Shown here one piece after another: positions 16,498 through 25,773 of a stretch of DNA of 29,877 nt (its first letter is position 1; each line of letters starts with the position of its first letter). Origin of the DNA: a virus (taxonomy: Duplodnaviria; Caudoviricetes); IMG/VR virus record IMGVR_UViG_3300025392_000653, positions 1 through 29,877 of that record; one strand, written 5' to 3'. The notes beneath the pieces were generated by a model. It was not told where the DNA came from, searched no databases, and was given only the letters and a program-made list of their open reading frames with translations. The translations under genes and the position numbers were made by a program.

Positions 16498-17550
16498 TCA
16501 GTATCCTATTGCCCAAAACCCAACAGTGACGGGATTTGGAGAGCCGTCGCCAGTCGAGCTATTGTATGAAATGTTTGCTTGCGTCTTATTCGATGACGGG
16601 CTGGGGGCGCCCCAACAGCCGAGCGTATTGCCGCCACCCGCCGTCGGGTTGTTTGACAACTGAATCGTTGTAAACACATACCAGCAGGCATTTGGAAATG
16701 CGATAGGGAAGGTTACAACCTCGGTTGCGTCATCGTAAGCGGTAATTGATTTCCACTGAATCAAAAGCCCGTTGGGCAGGTTGTAATAACCGGCGTTTGA
16801 CAGGGAATACGCACCAAACCCAAGTGACGTAAGCAACGCAGGGATGGTGGTATCGCTGGGATTGGCCGTGCTTCCGGTCAAATTGGCCTTGATGGTGTTT
16901 GCAGCCATAGGAGCAAGACTGCTGTTCGGAATGTTGTCGGGAAGGCTCAAAAGCTCAAAGTTCGTACCATCCCAGACCACTTCAAAAACTTGCGAAGCGG
17001 GAAGCTGTCCCGAAACCAATGCGCCGCCACTCAACGTGACGTTTTTAGCACCCAATCCGTTGACATTAAGCGTGTACGCGCTGGTATTTGCCGCCGACGT
17101 TTTAAGGACGCGAATGGGCGAATACAGAATTGAAGACAGCGAAAGCACGGTTGGCGAAAGCGTCACAGCCCCCGCATTGGCAGTGCCGGAATCCACGCCG
17201 GAATTGCCAAACTGCGATTGAATGTCGCTGGAGCCGACTACGTTGTTGAAGAAGCCAGCGGTCGGGAAGTTAGCAAAAACATCACCGACGCTCCATGCCT
17301 GCGCCGTCGTTCCTTCGCGCCCGCGCACAACGGTCATGGTGTCGCCAGAACGAGCGGTTACGTAAACAATTTCATTTGGGATGCCGGTGGTGCTGCTTGC
17401 GGCAAAAAGCGTGGCGGAAAAGAACTGCCCGGCGGTAATTGTCGGAAACAGTGCGCCCGATCCAGAAGCCACCGTAATGGTCGTTGCCGTGCTGCCGATG
17501 GCAGAGCCGATGGTGGTGCTGGCGTTGTTGGAAAAAAGTTGATTGCTCAT
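16498..17550 (-). CDS. Tail fibre protein with a gp53-like C-terminal domain
   Basis: EIVYVTARSGDTMTVVRGREGTTAQAW N-domain; TLNVNGLGAK; GYYNLPNGLLIQW...VTFPIAFPNAC...FWAIGY tip; follows baseplate genes. Confidence 0.88.
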   Translation of the reverse strand: MSNQLFSNNASTTIGSAIGSTATTITVASGSGALFPTITAGQFFSATLFAASSTTGIPNEIVYVTARSGDTMTVVRGREGTTAQAWSVGDVFANFPTAGFFNNVVGSSDIQSQFGNSGVDSGTANAGAVTLSPTVLSLSSILYSPIRVLKTSAANTSAYTLNVNGLGAKNVTLSGGALVSGQLPASQVFEVVWDGTNFELLSLPDNIPNSSLAPMAANTIKANLTGSTANPSDTTIPALLTSLGFGAYSLSNAGYYNLPNGLLIQWKSITAYDDATEVVTFPIAFPNACWYVFTTIQLSNNPTAGGGNTLGCWGAPSPSSNKTQANISYNSSTGDGSPNPVTVGFWAIGY

Positions 17551-18200
17551 GATATTGTGACTGTCCACGTTATCTGAAAGGGTAACTCAATCACGCCAGT
17601 TTTAACCGCCGCTTGAAAAATTGATGCCTCAGTCGATGTGGCTAAGTGAATAGTCCACATTTTGAATCCGGTTGGGTAAACGGAAACATTATACTGGGTA
17701 TCGTTTACAACATCGGTGCCGTTAATGCCATTTAGAAATCGGTTGATTCGACGTTTAAGCCAAGTTGGGGTGAAGGTCTTTCCATCACCTTTATAGAATG
17801 CCCACGTAATAATACGCCTGAAGGTATCGTCGGAGGTTGCAGTGTAGGTGCTTGGAGTGCCAGCCTTGAATCCGTTAAACGGAATCTGATTGACCGTAAC
17901 CGTGTTGACTGGCCCAAGTTTGCGAGAGCCAATGCTTGAGGGTAGGCCGGGGCGAGAAATGCCGTAAATGCCTTCCGCGACCCAATCCAGCAAAGAATTG
18001 GAAACAGGGTCTTTTGTATATATTGGAAGATTTAACGCATTAAACCAATTTAAATATGCTTGAGTGAATTGGTTGTATGCCGTAAAAAACGCCGCAACAT
18101 TATCGTCGTTCTGATACTGAACGTATAGATACGCTGGAATGGTGTTCTGAATACTGGTTGGACCAGTCACAGGCCAAGGGGTGTTTGTTCCGGCTGCCAT
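17547..18200 (-). CDS. Baseplate wedge protein (DUF2612-like)
   Basis: IPAYLYVQY, LLDWVAEGIYG, SDDTFRRII motifs; lies between baseplate J and the fibre. Confidence 0.8.
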   Translation of the reverse strand: MAAGTNTPWPVTGPTSIQNTIPAYLYVQYQNDDNVAAFFTAYNQFTQAYLNWFNALNLPIYTKDPVSNSLLDWVAEGIYGISRPGLPSSIGSRKLGPVNTVTVNQIPFNGFKAGTPSTYTATSDDTFRRIITWAFYKGDGKTFTPTWLKRRINRFLNGINGTDVVNDTQYNVSVYPTGFKMWTIHLATSTEASIFQAAVKTGVIELPFQITWTVTIS

Positions 18201-18202
18201 GA

Positions 18203-19642
18203 TTAAATCTGCGTAACCGTGACGTTGTTAGATGCAATAGTAAAATAGCTTTCTGGATCGCCATAAATAAGCGAAGTTCCCGAAGCGGGAGCAATCTCAA
18301 CGCCATTTACAGTAACGGTAAAATTCAACGTGCTAATAAGCGCGGGGTCTCCATTGAAAAGAGACAACACGGATTCAATTACATCGGTTTGCAATGCAAA
18401 TAAATTAATAGGCGAACCCACGGGAATGCTGTTAATGTAATTCACAATAGCCGTAGTGGACAACTGCGCAAAAGCAGTATCGGACACAAAATTTGGGCTA
18501 ATTGTATTCCACGAAAGCTGAATAATTGTCGCTTGAGCGGGCGGATTTACAAATTTAATTGTATATGTATCGGGGTAACTGTTGATGTTGACCGATATAT
18601 TTCGATTGTTTGGCGTGACAACACCTCCTGAAACATAGGTTCCAGAGCTTGTCGTATTAACACCAAAACTAAACGTGGTCGGGCTAAGGACCGTGACGGT
18701 GTAGGGACCGCCATTTACCCCGGTCATGCCCGTAACGCCAGCAATATACACGTTGGACTGGCCGGTAGTTAGCCCGTGGTTTAGGTTTGTCGTAACAACG
18801 CCGGGGTTGGCATTTGTGATGCCTGTAATGCTAATTGTCGATCCAACCAGCGTCGAAATATCAATGCCAGAATTGTAAATTGCGTTTGCAACCGCATACG
18901 GGTCGCCGCCACCACAAATCACTTCCCATCCACCGGACAAGGCTTGTTTGCAGGCGATCAGGCGGGGCTGGACTCCCGGCACGTTTGATAGCAGCGTCTT
19001 TGCCGTTGTAGCGTTTCCTTGCGCTGAAACCAAGCCAGCCTGAAGAACGAGAGCCGCGTATTGCGCTTGCGTCTGAGCGCCGGCGCTAGGCGTTCCCGGT
19101 TGCGGGTTATTAACCGACAGGGTAATGCTTACCGGCACGCTCGAAATGATCGCATTGACGGTGTTGGCTGCAACCGCCCAAGCCCCAGCTTGCGTGGCAA
19201 CACAATACAAAGGCGCAGACGATCCCGACGTTTGCACAACGCCACCATCTTGAACCTGATATTGATACGTGCCATCGGAAACAAGGAAGCCGGGCGGAAT
19301 CTGAAACCCAACCGTGCCGGTGAAAACAACGTAGACAGATGTGTTGGTTGTCGTGCCTTGTGGAACACCATAGATGTTGCCCAGTTCCGTGAGCAAGTAA
19401 GCATTTGCACCAAAAGGCGTGATGGAATTGATGGCCTCGACGGCAGCGGAATCGCAAAGCGCAATTGCATAGGTTGCCGTGCTGGCAAGGTCTTCAATCA
19501 ATCCACCGGGCAGCACGGTGTAGCCGGGGTTTATTGCAGCGACCTGCGTAATGAGGTTGGCCCAAATCGTGGCGGGCGGCGTCGGTTGCGCGCCTGCCGC
19601 CGTAACCTGAAGGCCGATAACTGGGCTAGGAAGGGTTGTCAT
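18203..19642 (-). CDS. Baseplate J-like wedge protein with an inserted FCCH-like domain
   Basis: LPGGLIEDLAST, LGNIYGV, VVFTGTVGFQIPPGFLVSDG motifs; synteny. Confidence 0.88.
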   Translation of the reverse strand: MTTLPSPVIGLQVTAAGAQPTPPATIWANLITQVAAINPGYTVLPGGLIEDLASTATYAIALCDSAAVEAINSITPFGANAYLLTELGNIYGVPQGTTTNTSVYVVFTGTVGFQIPPGFLVSDGTYQYQVQDGGVVQTSGSSAPLYCVATQAGAWAVAANTVNAIISSVPVSITLSVNNPQPGTPSAGAQTQAQYAALVLQAGLVSAQGNATTAKTLLSNVPGVQPRLIACKQALSGGWEVICGGGDPYAVANAIYNSGIDISTLVGSTISITGITNANPGVVTTNLNHGLTTGQSNVYIAGVTGMTGVNGGPYTVTVLSPTTFSFGVNTTSSGTYVSGGVVTPNNRNISVNINSYPDTYTIKFVNPPAQATIIQLSWNTISPNFVSDTAFAQLSTTAIVNYINSIPVGSPINLFALQTDVIESVLSLFNGDPALISTLNFTVTVNGVEIAPASGTSLIYGDPESYFTIASNNVTVTQI

Positions 19643-20055
19643 TAAATTGGCACCGGAGAAATAAGAATTGCGCCGGGATTGGCCGTGGCATTGACATTAT
19701 ACGTTGGATTGACCGATTGCTGCTTTGAAATCAACAGCGAAAGAAAATATTGCGAAAAATTCTGTTGCGTGAGCATCACATAGTAATCAGGAAAGACTTG
19801 CGTTGTAACGCTCTGCTGCGACGGAATACCATAGTTTCCGTAAAATGGCGATTCGTTTAGATTAAGCTGTAGCACCTGCGCAAGAGTGGTCAGCCATACG
19901 GCATCATTGAAGCCGTTTGCATCGGTCGTGACCTCAACCCATACCATATCGGTTTGAGCGCCAAGCACGCCACCAACAGGGCTAATGCCTATTTCGAACG
20001 ATCCGATTGCGCTGCTGTAAAGCGCGCCAGACAGAACCCTTCCCCACGTTCTCAT
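19642..20055 (-). CDS. Baseplate wedge / sheath-initiator-like protein
   Basis: MRTWGR...LTTLAQVLQLNLNESPFYGNYGIP; lies between the spike and baseplate J. Confidence 0.75.
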   Translation of the reverse strand: MRTWGRVLSGALYSSAIGSFEIGISPVGGVLGAQTDMVWVEVTTDANGFNDAVWLTTLAQVLQLNLNESPFYGNYGIPSQQSVTTQVFPDYYVMLTQQNFSQYFLSLLISKQQSVNPTYNVNATANPGAILISPVPI

Positions 20056-20642
20056 CAAGTGGTTCCATTCGTAATCAAGCCGTAATTTGACAAAGCCTGA
20101 ATAAGCGATGTCAAAACAGCTTTTGCATTTGCATCGGTAACGGCGCTAAGAGCGCCTATCACCGTTTGCTTATTATGCTTCGAATGACCAAAAAAAGAAA
20201 GGGCAGAAGGTGTGCAAACAATGTTTTCGTGAAGAACTAGAGCCTGCGGGTCGATGGTTGTCTCACTGGTCTTTCCCAGCCAGAAGAACGTCATTGCAGC
20301 CAAATTGCCCACCGTATCCTGCAAGCTGGGCACACCGCTGCCAAGGCCGGTTAGTCCGCTGGTGCGCAGATCAGCCGACAGCGCGACGCCTATATCCCCG
20401 ACTTGGATTGGGTACTGAATATAAGGGGGCTTACCCACAGGCATGGTCACTTGCGGCAGTGGCGCAGGGTTTGCAGCAACTTCAAAATTGACCGTGACAA
20501 CGCCGGGGCTAACAATGTCTACAACAGTGCATGGCAACCCTTTACCAAGAGCCTGAATAGCGTCCTGCGACCTTGCTCGGCTTATTTCCTGCAAAGACTG
20601 AGCAAATGGAGTTTTTTGCGAGTTGCCATCCATGACGTTCAT
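20055..20642 (-). CDS. Baseplate central spike protein
   Basis: LPCTVV...VTVNF...LPQVTMP...YPIQVGDIGV OB-fold pattern; follows the hub gene. Confidence 0.75.
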   Translation of the reverse strand: MNVMDGNSQKTPFAQSLQEISRARSQDAIQALGKGLPCTVVDIVSPGVVTVNFEVAANPAPLPQVTMPVGKPPYIQYPIQVGDIGVALSADLRTSGLTGLGSGVPSLQDTVGNLAAMTFFWLGKTSETTIDPQALVLHENIVCTPSALSFFGHSKHNKQTVIGALSAVTDANAKAVLTSLIQALSNYGLITNGTT

Positions 20643-20672
20643 GGAAAAACCTTTCAATCAATATGAATGCAA

Positions 20673-21716
20673 TTACGTTGTAGTTACAGCCTTGAAGTTG
20701 GTGATCCAGCTTTGCGGGTTGGGGTCTCGCGAATTACCAACATGACGAACAAACGTTATCTGCCATTGACCCAAAAACGCATTTTGGTCTCTGGCAAAAC
20801 TATTGCTTTCAGAGCTTGTAATTGCAAACAATTGTTCAACTGGGGGAAACTTAATCAAAGTCCCCAAGTTAATATCCGCCCGAAGTACCGTGTTGAATTG
20901 TATTTCGTTTGGTCCAAGCCAAGTTGGCTGACCAATCAAATCTTGCAAAGCAATATTTTTTACAGAACTTGCGTTTCCCGTGTTTGTATTTGCTCCAGCA
21001 GATGGTTGATTTACCGTTCCATCAAATACTTTAAATTGATTTCCATTTTGGACAATGCTTACGCCTTGATAATTTTTAATGCTGTTGCCAATAATATTCT
21101 TGCTAATTCCGCGAATATAAATGCCAAATTGTTTTGGGGTCTGCCAAACAAAAGGCTCATCATTTGGCAAAACCAAGTTGGGGCTTATGTTTATTGCGGG
21201 AGGGTCAAATGTTGGATATGCAATTTGCAAGAGATGCTTAATTGCATCCGCCATTTGTGTGCCTTTTTTCCAAAGGTAAGATATGTTTGATGGGTTGTCT
21301 TGATTGTTTCCCTCGCTAGGCAATATGACAAAATCAAGAGTTTGATTAACCCCCTGCCAATTACCAAAAGCCTGAAATATAACTCCATAGGCAATAAGGC
21401 CCTGCTGTCCTGAATCAAAATCAGCAGTCGCTAATGGCAAGCCCTTTTGCATACCTGCAAAAACTTGAATTGGCGCTCCATTAAAGTTTGATGCTTGTGA
21501 GATTTGAGCCTTACTTGGCCCCCATATCTTAATTGATCCAGCACTAACTGGATTATCAAGCGTTGTGCTTACAATATCGAACTCAACTGTTTGTGCGCCA
21601 AGATCAGCCGCGCCGTTGACCGTGTTTGTCCACGTAGCGCCAGCGTTGTTACTGGCAACTCCAAGGGCGGGATTGGCGGTTTCAGGGCCAACAACAATTT
21701 TATAAAATCGACTCAA
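20673..21716 (-). CDS. Baseplate hub protein
   Basis: IKIWG, VFAGMQKGLPLA, DLIGQPTW, VRHVGNSR...W.T motifs; synteny. Confidence 0.8.
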   Translation of the reverse strand: MSRFYKIVVGPETANPALGVASNNAGATWTNTVNGAADLGAQTVEFDIVSTTLDNPVSAGSIKIWGPSKAQISQASNFNGAPIQVFAGMQKGLPLATADFDSGQQGLIAYGVIFQAFGNWQGVNQTLDFVILPSEGNNQDNPSNISYLWKKGTQMADAIKHLLQIAYPTFDPPAINISPNLVLPNDEPFVWQTPKQFGIYIRGISKNIIGNSIKNYQGVSIVQNGNQFKVFDGTVNQPSAGANTNTGNASSVKNIALQDLIGQPTWLGPNEIQFNTVLRADINLGTLIKFPPVEQLFAITSSESNSFARDQNAFLGQWQITFVRHVGNSRDPNPQSWITNFKAVTTT

Positions 21717-21985
21717 GGCGTTATCTCAAAGTTGTTGCTGCTGTCGCGATAAACCAGAGTGGATGTGGTAAAATACCCCTCCACAAGATTAATGTCGTAA
21801 TTGTCGGGCGATGCTGTGAGCGGCTTTTGCACAATCAATACGTTTTGCAACGTATATATACTAAGAACCCATCTTTGACCGTAAAGACTCCAATCAACCA
21901 CAGCATAATACTGCCTGCCATCTAGAGTCGGCAAGAACGAAAAGTTCTGCGTAACGGTTGGGGCGAATTGAATGAGTGTTGCCAT
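21713..21985 (-). CDS. Small baseplate protein
   Basis: FSFLPTLDG..Y...VDWSLYGQRWVLSIY...INLVEGYF; lies between the tube initiator and hub. Confidence 0.75.
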   Translation of the reverse strand: MATLIQFAPTVTQNFSFLPTLDGRQYYAVVDWSLYGQRWVLSIYTLQNVLIVQKPLTASPDNYDINLVEGYFTTSTLVYRDSSNNFEITP

Positions 21986-21987
21986 GA

Positions 21988-22749
21988 TCAATAAAAACTA
22001 TTCGTTGAAAGGTCTCGACCAGATACCACATTTAGTGTTGTGGTGTTGGTGCGTGGCGGTGTGTTGCCGGATGGCGTATGCTTCACGGCAGGAACAATGT
22101 TTTTAGTCAACCCTGAAGATGCTTTTTTTGCACCAACCGTTACGGGTTTGCTACCCGGAGGATCGCCAGCATTCACATTTTTGTTGGTAATGTTAGCCAT
22201 GTCTTGGTTTTGCGCTGGAACAGCCTCGCCAGCCGTAAGCAATGGCTGCATGAAACTCCACACCCACCTGACCTGCGCCTGCGCCCCCATAGATTCGGTT
22301 GATGCATCAACCAGACTTGTCAGCAAGCAACCTCGATAAATGTAGCTAGGCGTGCAAATGTCATACCACCCACCGGCAGCGGTGTGTTGATCTAGCGTAC
22401 TTTTAAGTGATGTCATGACCGAAAGTTTGGTCAAAACATTAAATGCGCCCGTTGCCGGAACAATCATCTCCATGTTCAATTCAAGCGGCTGCGTAATTAT
22501 GGCGTTTGCCGCTACTGTTTGGTTGGCAAATGGATATGTGGCAACTTCGTTGTTCATCAACGAATGACCCGACATAATCCTAAACTTCACAAAATCTGTG
22601 CTATCTGGATTGGCTGCATACGTAGGGCCTTTTACAAAACCCTGCGCCTGCATGATATTCAAAATTGAAATGGCACCCGTTCCAGCAGCCCCATTTACGA
22701 GGATGATCGGATTTTGAGTGTTCCAATAATCGTAATCTGAAAAGCTCAT
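21988..22749 (-). CDS. Tail tube initiator / Dit-like baseplate protein
   Basis: VATYPFANQTVAANAII.QPL, TPSYIYRGCLLTSL, WSFMQPL; directly after the tape measure gene. Confidence 0.72.
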   Translation of the reverse strand: MSFSDYDYWNTQNPIILVNGAAGTGAISILNIMQAQGFVKGPTYAANPDSTDFVKFRIMSGHSLMNNEVATYPFANQTVAANAIITQPLELNMEMIVPATGAFNVLTKLSVMTSLKSTLDQHTAAGGWYDICTPSYIYRGCLLTSLVDASTESMGAQAQVRWVWSFMQPLLTAGEAVPAQNQDMANITNKNVNAGDPPGSKPVTVGAKKASSGLTKNIVPAVKHTPSGNTPPRTNTTTLNVVSGRDLSTNSFY

Positions 22750-24527
22750 CCCATCGCCGCCGTTTTTGCAGAATTTGCGGTAATTGCTACGGCAGTGCCG
22801 GAAGTGTTGGTCACGTTCAAAGACACTTTAACAGGCTTGCCTGAATGGCCGTGTTCAGCAGGCGTGCCCGGATTATATTTTGCAACATAATCCCTAGTTT
22901 CTTTTGGTGCGTGAGAAAGCCAATTTTCATGATACCTTTTCATTTGAGACCGAACATTGCCCGGACCCTCATTAAATGCAGCAATTGCTGCGGTTTCATC
23001 GCCGTGAAATTGCCTAAGAAGGTCGTGCATATACCTTGCAGTAGCAACAGCCTCCTGATTGATGTCGGCCCTATTTGTAATGCCATATTGCATTGCAGTG
23101 CCGGGCATAAACTGAAAGGCACCAAGGGCACCCTTTGGACTTAATCCTGCGCGCTTGCCTCCACTGGATTCAATCTGAGCAATTTTGTCCAAAGTACCTG
23201 CATTCAGCCCATATTTGCGTTCAAGTTCCGGAAATGCTTTAGATGCAGTTTTCAACTCTTGCGTTTGATTGATCTTTGCAGCGCCGCCATTTCCAAAAAC
23301 GTAGCTTTGAATTTTGCCGACAAATTTAGAAGCAAACGCAGCAGCCAATCCAGCAGGTCCGCTCGCAATCAGACCCTCTTTAGCAATATTAGAAATAGTG
23401 CTATCCGCCACCGATGGCTCGGGATTTTGCTGGCCCATTGATTTAACGAGCGCATTAAACGCATCGGTTACGCGCAGGGTTGCAGGAACAAGATTATTTG
23501 TGAATGCCGTACTAACTGCATCTACATTGTTCTTAAAATCAGTTAGCCGGTCATTTTGATCTTTGGTGTTTCCATGCAACTTGGCAAAATCAGCAGCGTC
23601 TTTGCCGTATTTGATAATTTGTTCGCGAGTGGAACCTTTAATTCGCATCAAATCTTCCGCGCTTAGGATTTTGTCATACCCCAAGGCGTGTGCGTAAGTC
23701 AGAAAGTTTTCAGGGTGCTTTTCGGTAAGCCCTTTTGCCTTCATTGAGATTTCGGTGAGCAATTGCGCGGCATCTTTGCCTTCGGGGCGAACGCCCATAG
23801 CATACAAAGGCCCGCGCTGTGTAACGTCGTATTTCATCCGCATAATACGATCCATTGCGGATTCCGTATCAAACAGGCGGTTTTGATAGATGTGTGAACC
23901 TTGAAGTTCGCCAGTGCTAATTCCCAAGCCCCCAGCACGGCGCTGTAGGTCGGCATTGCGCTCAGCCAATTCATAAGCCGCATAACCGGCACCACCAACC
24001 ACAGCAAGCGCACCAGCGCCTATTGCAGCTGCTCCACCCAATCCAGCGGCCAATCCACCACCAGCGCCACCAAGCATACTGGAAGCGGCTCCAAGGCCCT
24101 CACTAGCGCCACCAACAATACCAAGCGCGGCTTGCGGTCCAACACCTATCTTGCCAAGGCTGGCCGCTACGTCACCAAGCGTTTTGCCGTAATCCCTGAT
24201 TTGATTGATCGACTGTTTGCGCTTTGCGCTGATTTCGTCTTGCCGCTTTTTTTCGTCCTCTTGTTCTTTTTTGTGCTTAGCCGCAGCGTCACGCAAAGCG
24301 CGCGCTCGCTTATCTTCTTGTTCGGAAAGTTTACGCGTAGCGTCTATTTGCTCCTCAATAGAAGAAACAAAATCAACACCGCTAGACGCCAATTCTTTAA
24401 TGCTAGAATTGACCTCGCCCCAAACTTCAGATTGCTGCCCAACGCTCTTTTGATATTTCTTGAATGATTCAAGAAATCTATTGAACGCTTCATCATCAAT
24501 TGGGATTTTTAGAATGGGGGCTGCCAT
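22746..24527 (-). CDS. Tape measure protein with a C-terminal SLT lytic transglycosylase domain
   Basis: Helical and Gly-Ala-rich N-half; IAQIESSG, SPKGALGAFQFMPGTA, AIAAFNEGPGNV, ETRDYV SLT motifs. Confidence 0.9.
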   Translation of the reverse strand: MAAPILKIPIDDEAFNRFLESFKKYQKSVGQQSEVWGEVNSSIKELASSGVDFVSSIEEQIDATRKLSEQEDKRARALRDAAAKHKKEQEDEKKRQDEISAKRKQSINQIRDYGKTLGDVAASLGKIGVGPQAALGIVGGASEGLGAASSMLGGAGGGLAAGLGGAAAIGAGALAVVGGAGYAAYELAERNADLQRRAGGLGISTGELQGSHIYQNRLFDTESAMDRIMRMKYDVTQRGPLYAMGVRPEGKDAAQLLTEISMKAKGLTEKHPENFLTYAHALGYDKILSAEDLMRIKGSTREQIIKYGKDAADFAKLHGNTKDQNDRLTDFKNNVDAVSTAFTNNLVPATLRVTDAFNALVKSMGQQNPEPSVADSTISNIAKEGLIASGPAGLAAAFASKFVGKIQSYVFGNGGAAKINQTQELKTASKAFPELERKYGLNAGTLDKIAQIESSGGKRAGLSPKGALGAFQFMPGTAMQYGITNRADINQEAVATARYMHDLLRQFHGDETAAIAAFNEGPGNVRSQMKRYHENWLSHAPKETRDYVAKYNPGTPAEHGHSGKPVKVSLNVTNTSGTAVAITANSAKTAAMG

Positions 24528-24537
24528 GTTTTCCCTA

Positions 24538-24861
24538 TCAATGATATTTTAGGATGGATGAAAGAACCGTAAAGCCATCAACAATAAATCTATTGCGAAA
24601 CGATTCGGCGGTTAGATAACCATCCCAAGGTTTGCCTTTATCCTTAAAAAACTCGTTCCAACCATCACTTGAAACCCATTGTAGGATTTCGGAAATTATG
24701 CTTGGCTGCTCTCGCCAGTATTCTCGTCTTGCGTCGATGTCTTCAAGGAATTGGCGAACTCCGTACAATTCAAGAACGTAGTTTGCAATTCGTAAATTGT
24801 AGCCATTCCAAGAACCAACCTTTGACGATCCACCCTCGGAGCAACCAGCGAGGCGACAGTA
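24538..24861 (-). CDS. -1 frameshift extension (GT-like) of the tail assembly chaperone
   Basis: The -1 frame is open from T TTT TTT (24867-24861) to TGA at 24538; this is the canonical position before the tape measure gene. Confidence 0.65.
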   Translation of the reverse strand, partial: YCRLAGCSEGGSSKVGSWNGYNLRIANYVLELYGVRQFLEDIDARREYWREQPSIISEILQWVSSDGWNEFFKDKGKPWDGYLTAESFRNRFIVDGFTVLSSILKYH

Positions 24862-25286
24862 AAAAAAGCAAGAAGGTTTGTGACCTCCATCTTTTCCTCT
24901 TGATCGATCATATTTTTGTCAAAAGCCGATTGCAATGGGATTGTTTTCCAACCCTCACCTTCAACGGGCAAAATTACGTTGCTCAAGCGTCTAATTTCGG
25001 AAAACAACCCGCGTTCGCCACCAATACCATCCGGTCCTTCCCACCAGTTGCCGCCGGTAATACGCGGCGTTGTTTCCGCAACGCTACGCATTACCAATGC
25101 AGCAACACTCGGCCCACTCATTGGATCAAGACCGTTATGCGCAAATGCCGAAAACGTCTTAGCCAAAACCATGTGATAGGTTTCGAAAACTTCAGACCTA
25201 ATTGGCATCGCGTGAACGTACATCTTGGTTTCGTCGGCGCGATTAATTGGAATGACAATATTCAGATGACGGTTGATAGTGGCCAT
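24696..25286 (-). CDS. Tail assembly chaperone (G-like)
   Basis: Lies between tube and tape measure genes; TAGGA RBS; contains the slippery T7 run. Confidence 0.8.
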   Translation of the reverse strand: MATINRHLNIVIPINRADETKMYVHAMPIRSEVFETYHMVLAKTFSAFAHNGLDPMSGPSVAALVMRSVAETTPRITGGNWWEGPDGIGGERGLFSEIRRLSNVILPVEGEGWKTIPLQSAFDKNMIDQEEKMEVTNLLAFFTVASLVAPRVDRQRLVLGMATIYELQTTFLNCTEFANSLKTSTQDENTGESSQA

Positions 25287-25311
25287 TGCGAGTGTCCTAC
25301 TGCGGATTTAT

Positions 25312-25749
25312 TTAATTAAACAGATCAGAGTTGATGTAATAAATGCCCTTGATCGTAACGGGAAAGTCATTCGTTTGGCCGGTGAATTCAAGGCTGGGAA
25401 TGTTTTCAATCACGCAATTACTCAAGGTGTATGCGTCAAGATTAGTCGAGTCAGTCGTAACAACAATGTCGCCAATTTGCGAATTGTTGGTGCGCTGCGT
25501 TTCCCAATCATTGGAAAGCGATTGGCTTTTGTTAAGATACATCGTGCAGGTTACGACTTGATACAGGCGGGGTGATGGAACAGCGCCGGTCAGCGTCATA
25601 ATATAGTCGCTGGTATTGCCCTCAAACGTAATGCTCGCCAGCTTTTCGCCAAAATAACCCGAAGTAACATTCAGGTTGGGAAAATCAACCACTTGAACGC
25701 TGGTTAGCGCCCTGTTCAAAGTGCCCTGCGGAACGATAGGATTAGCCAT
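25312..25749 (-). CDS. Tail tube protein
   Basis: 145 aa, MANPIVPQGTLNR...IKGIYYINS; directly after the sheath gene. Confidence 0.85.
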   Translation of the reverse strand: MANPIVPQGTLNRALTSVQVVDFPNLNVTSGYFGEKLASITFEGNTSDYIMTLTGAVPSPRLYQVVTCTMYLNKSQSLSNDWETQRTNNSQIGDIVVTTDSTNLDAYTLSNCVIENIPSLEFTGQTNDFPVTIKGIYYINSDLFN

Positions 25750-25773
25750 TGTTGTGATCCCTTTTTAGACCGC

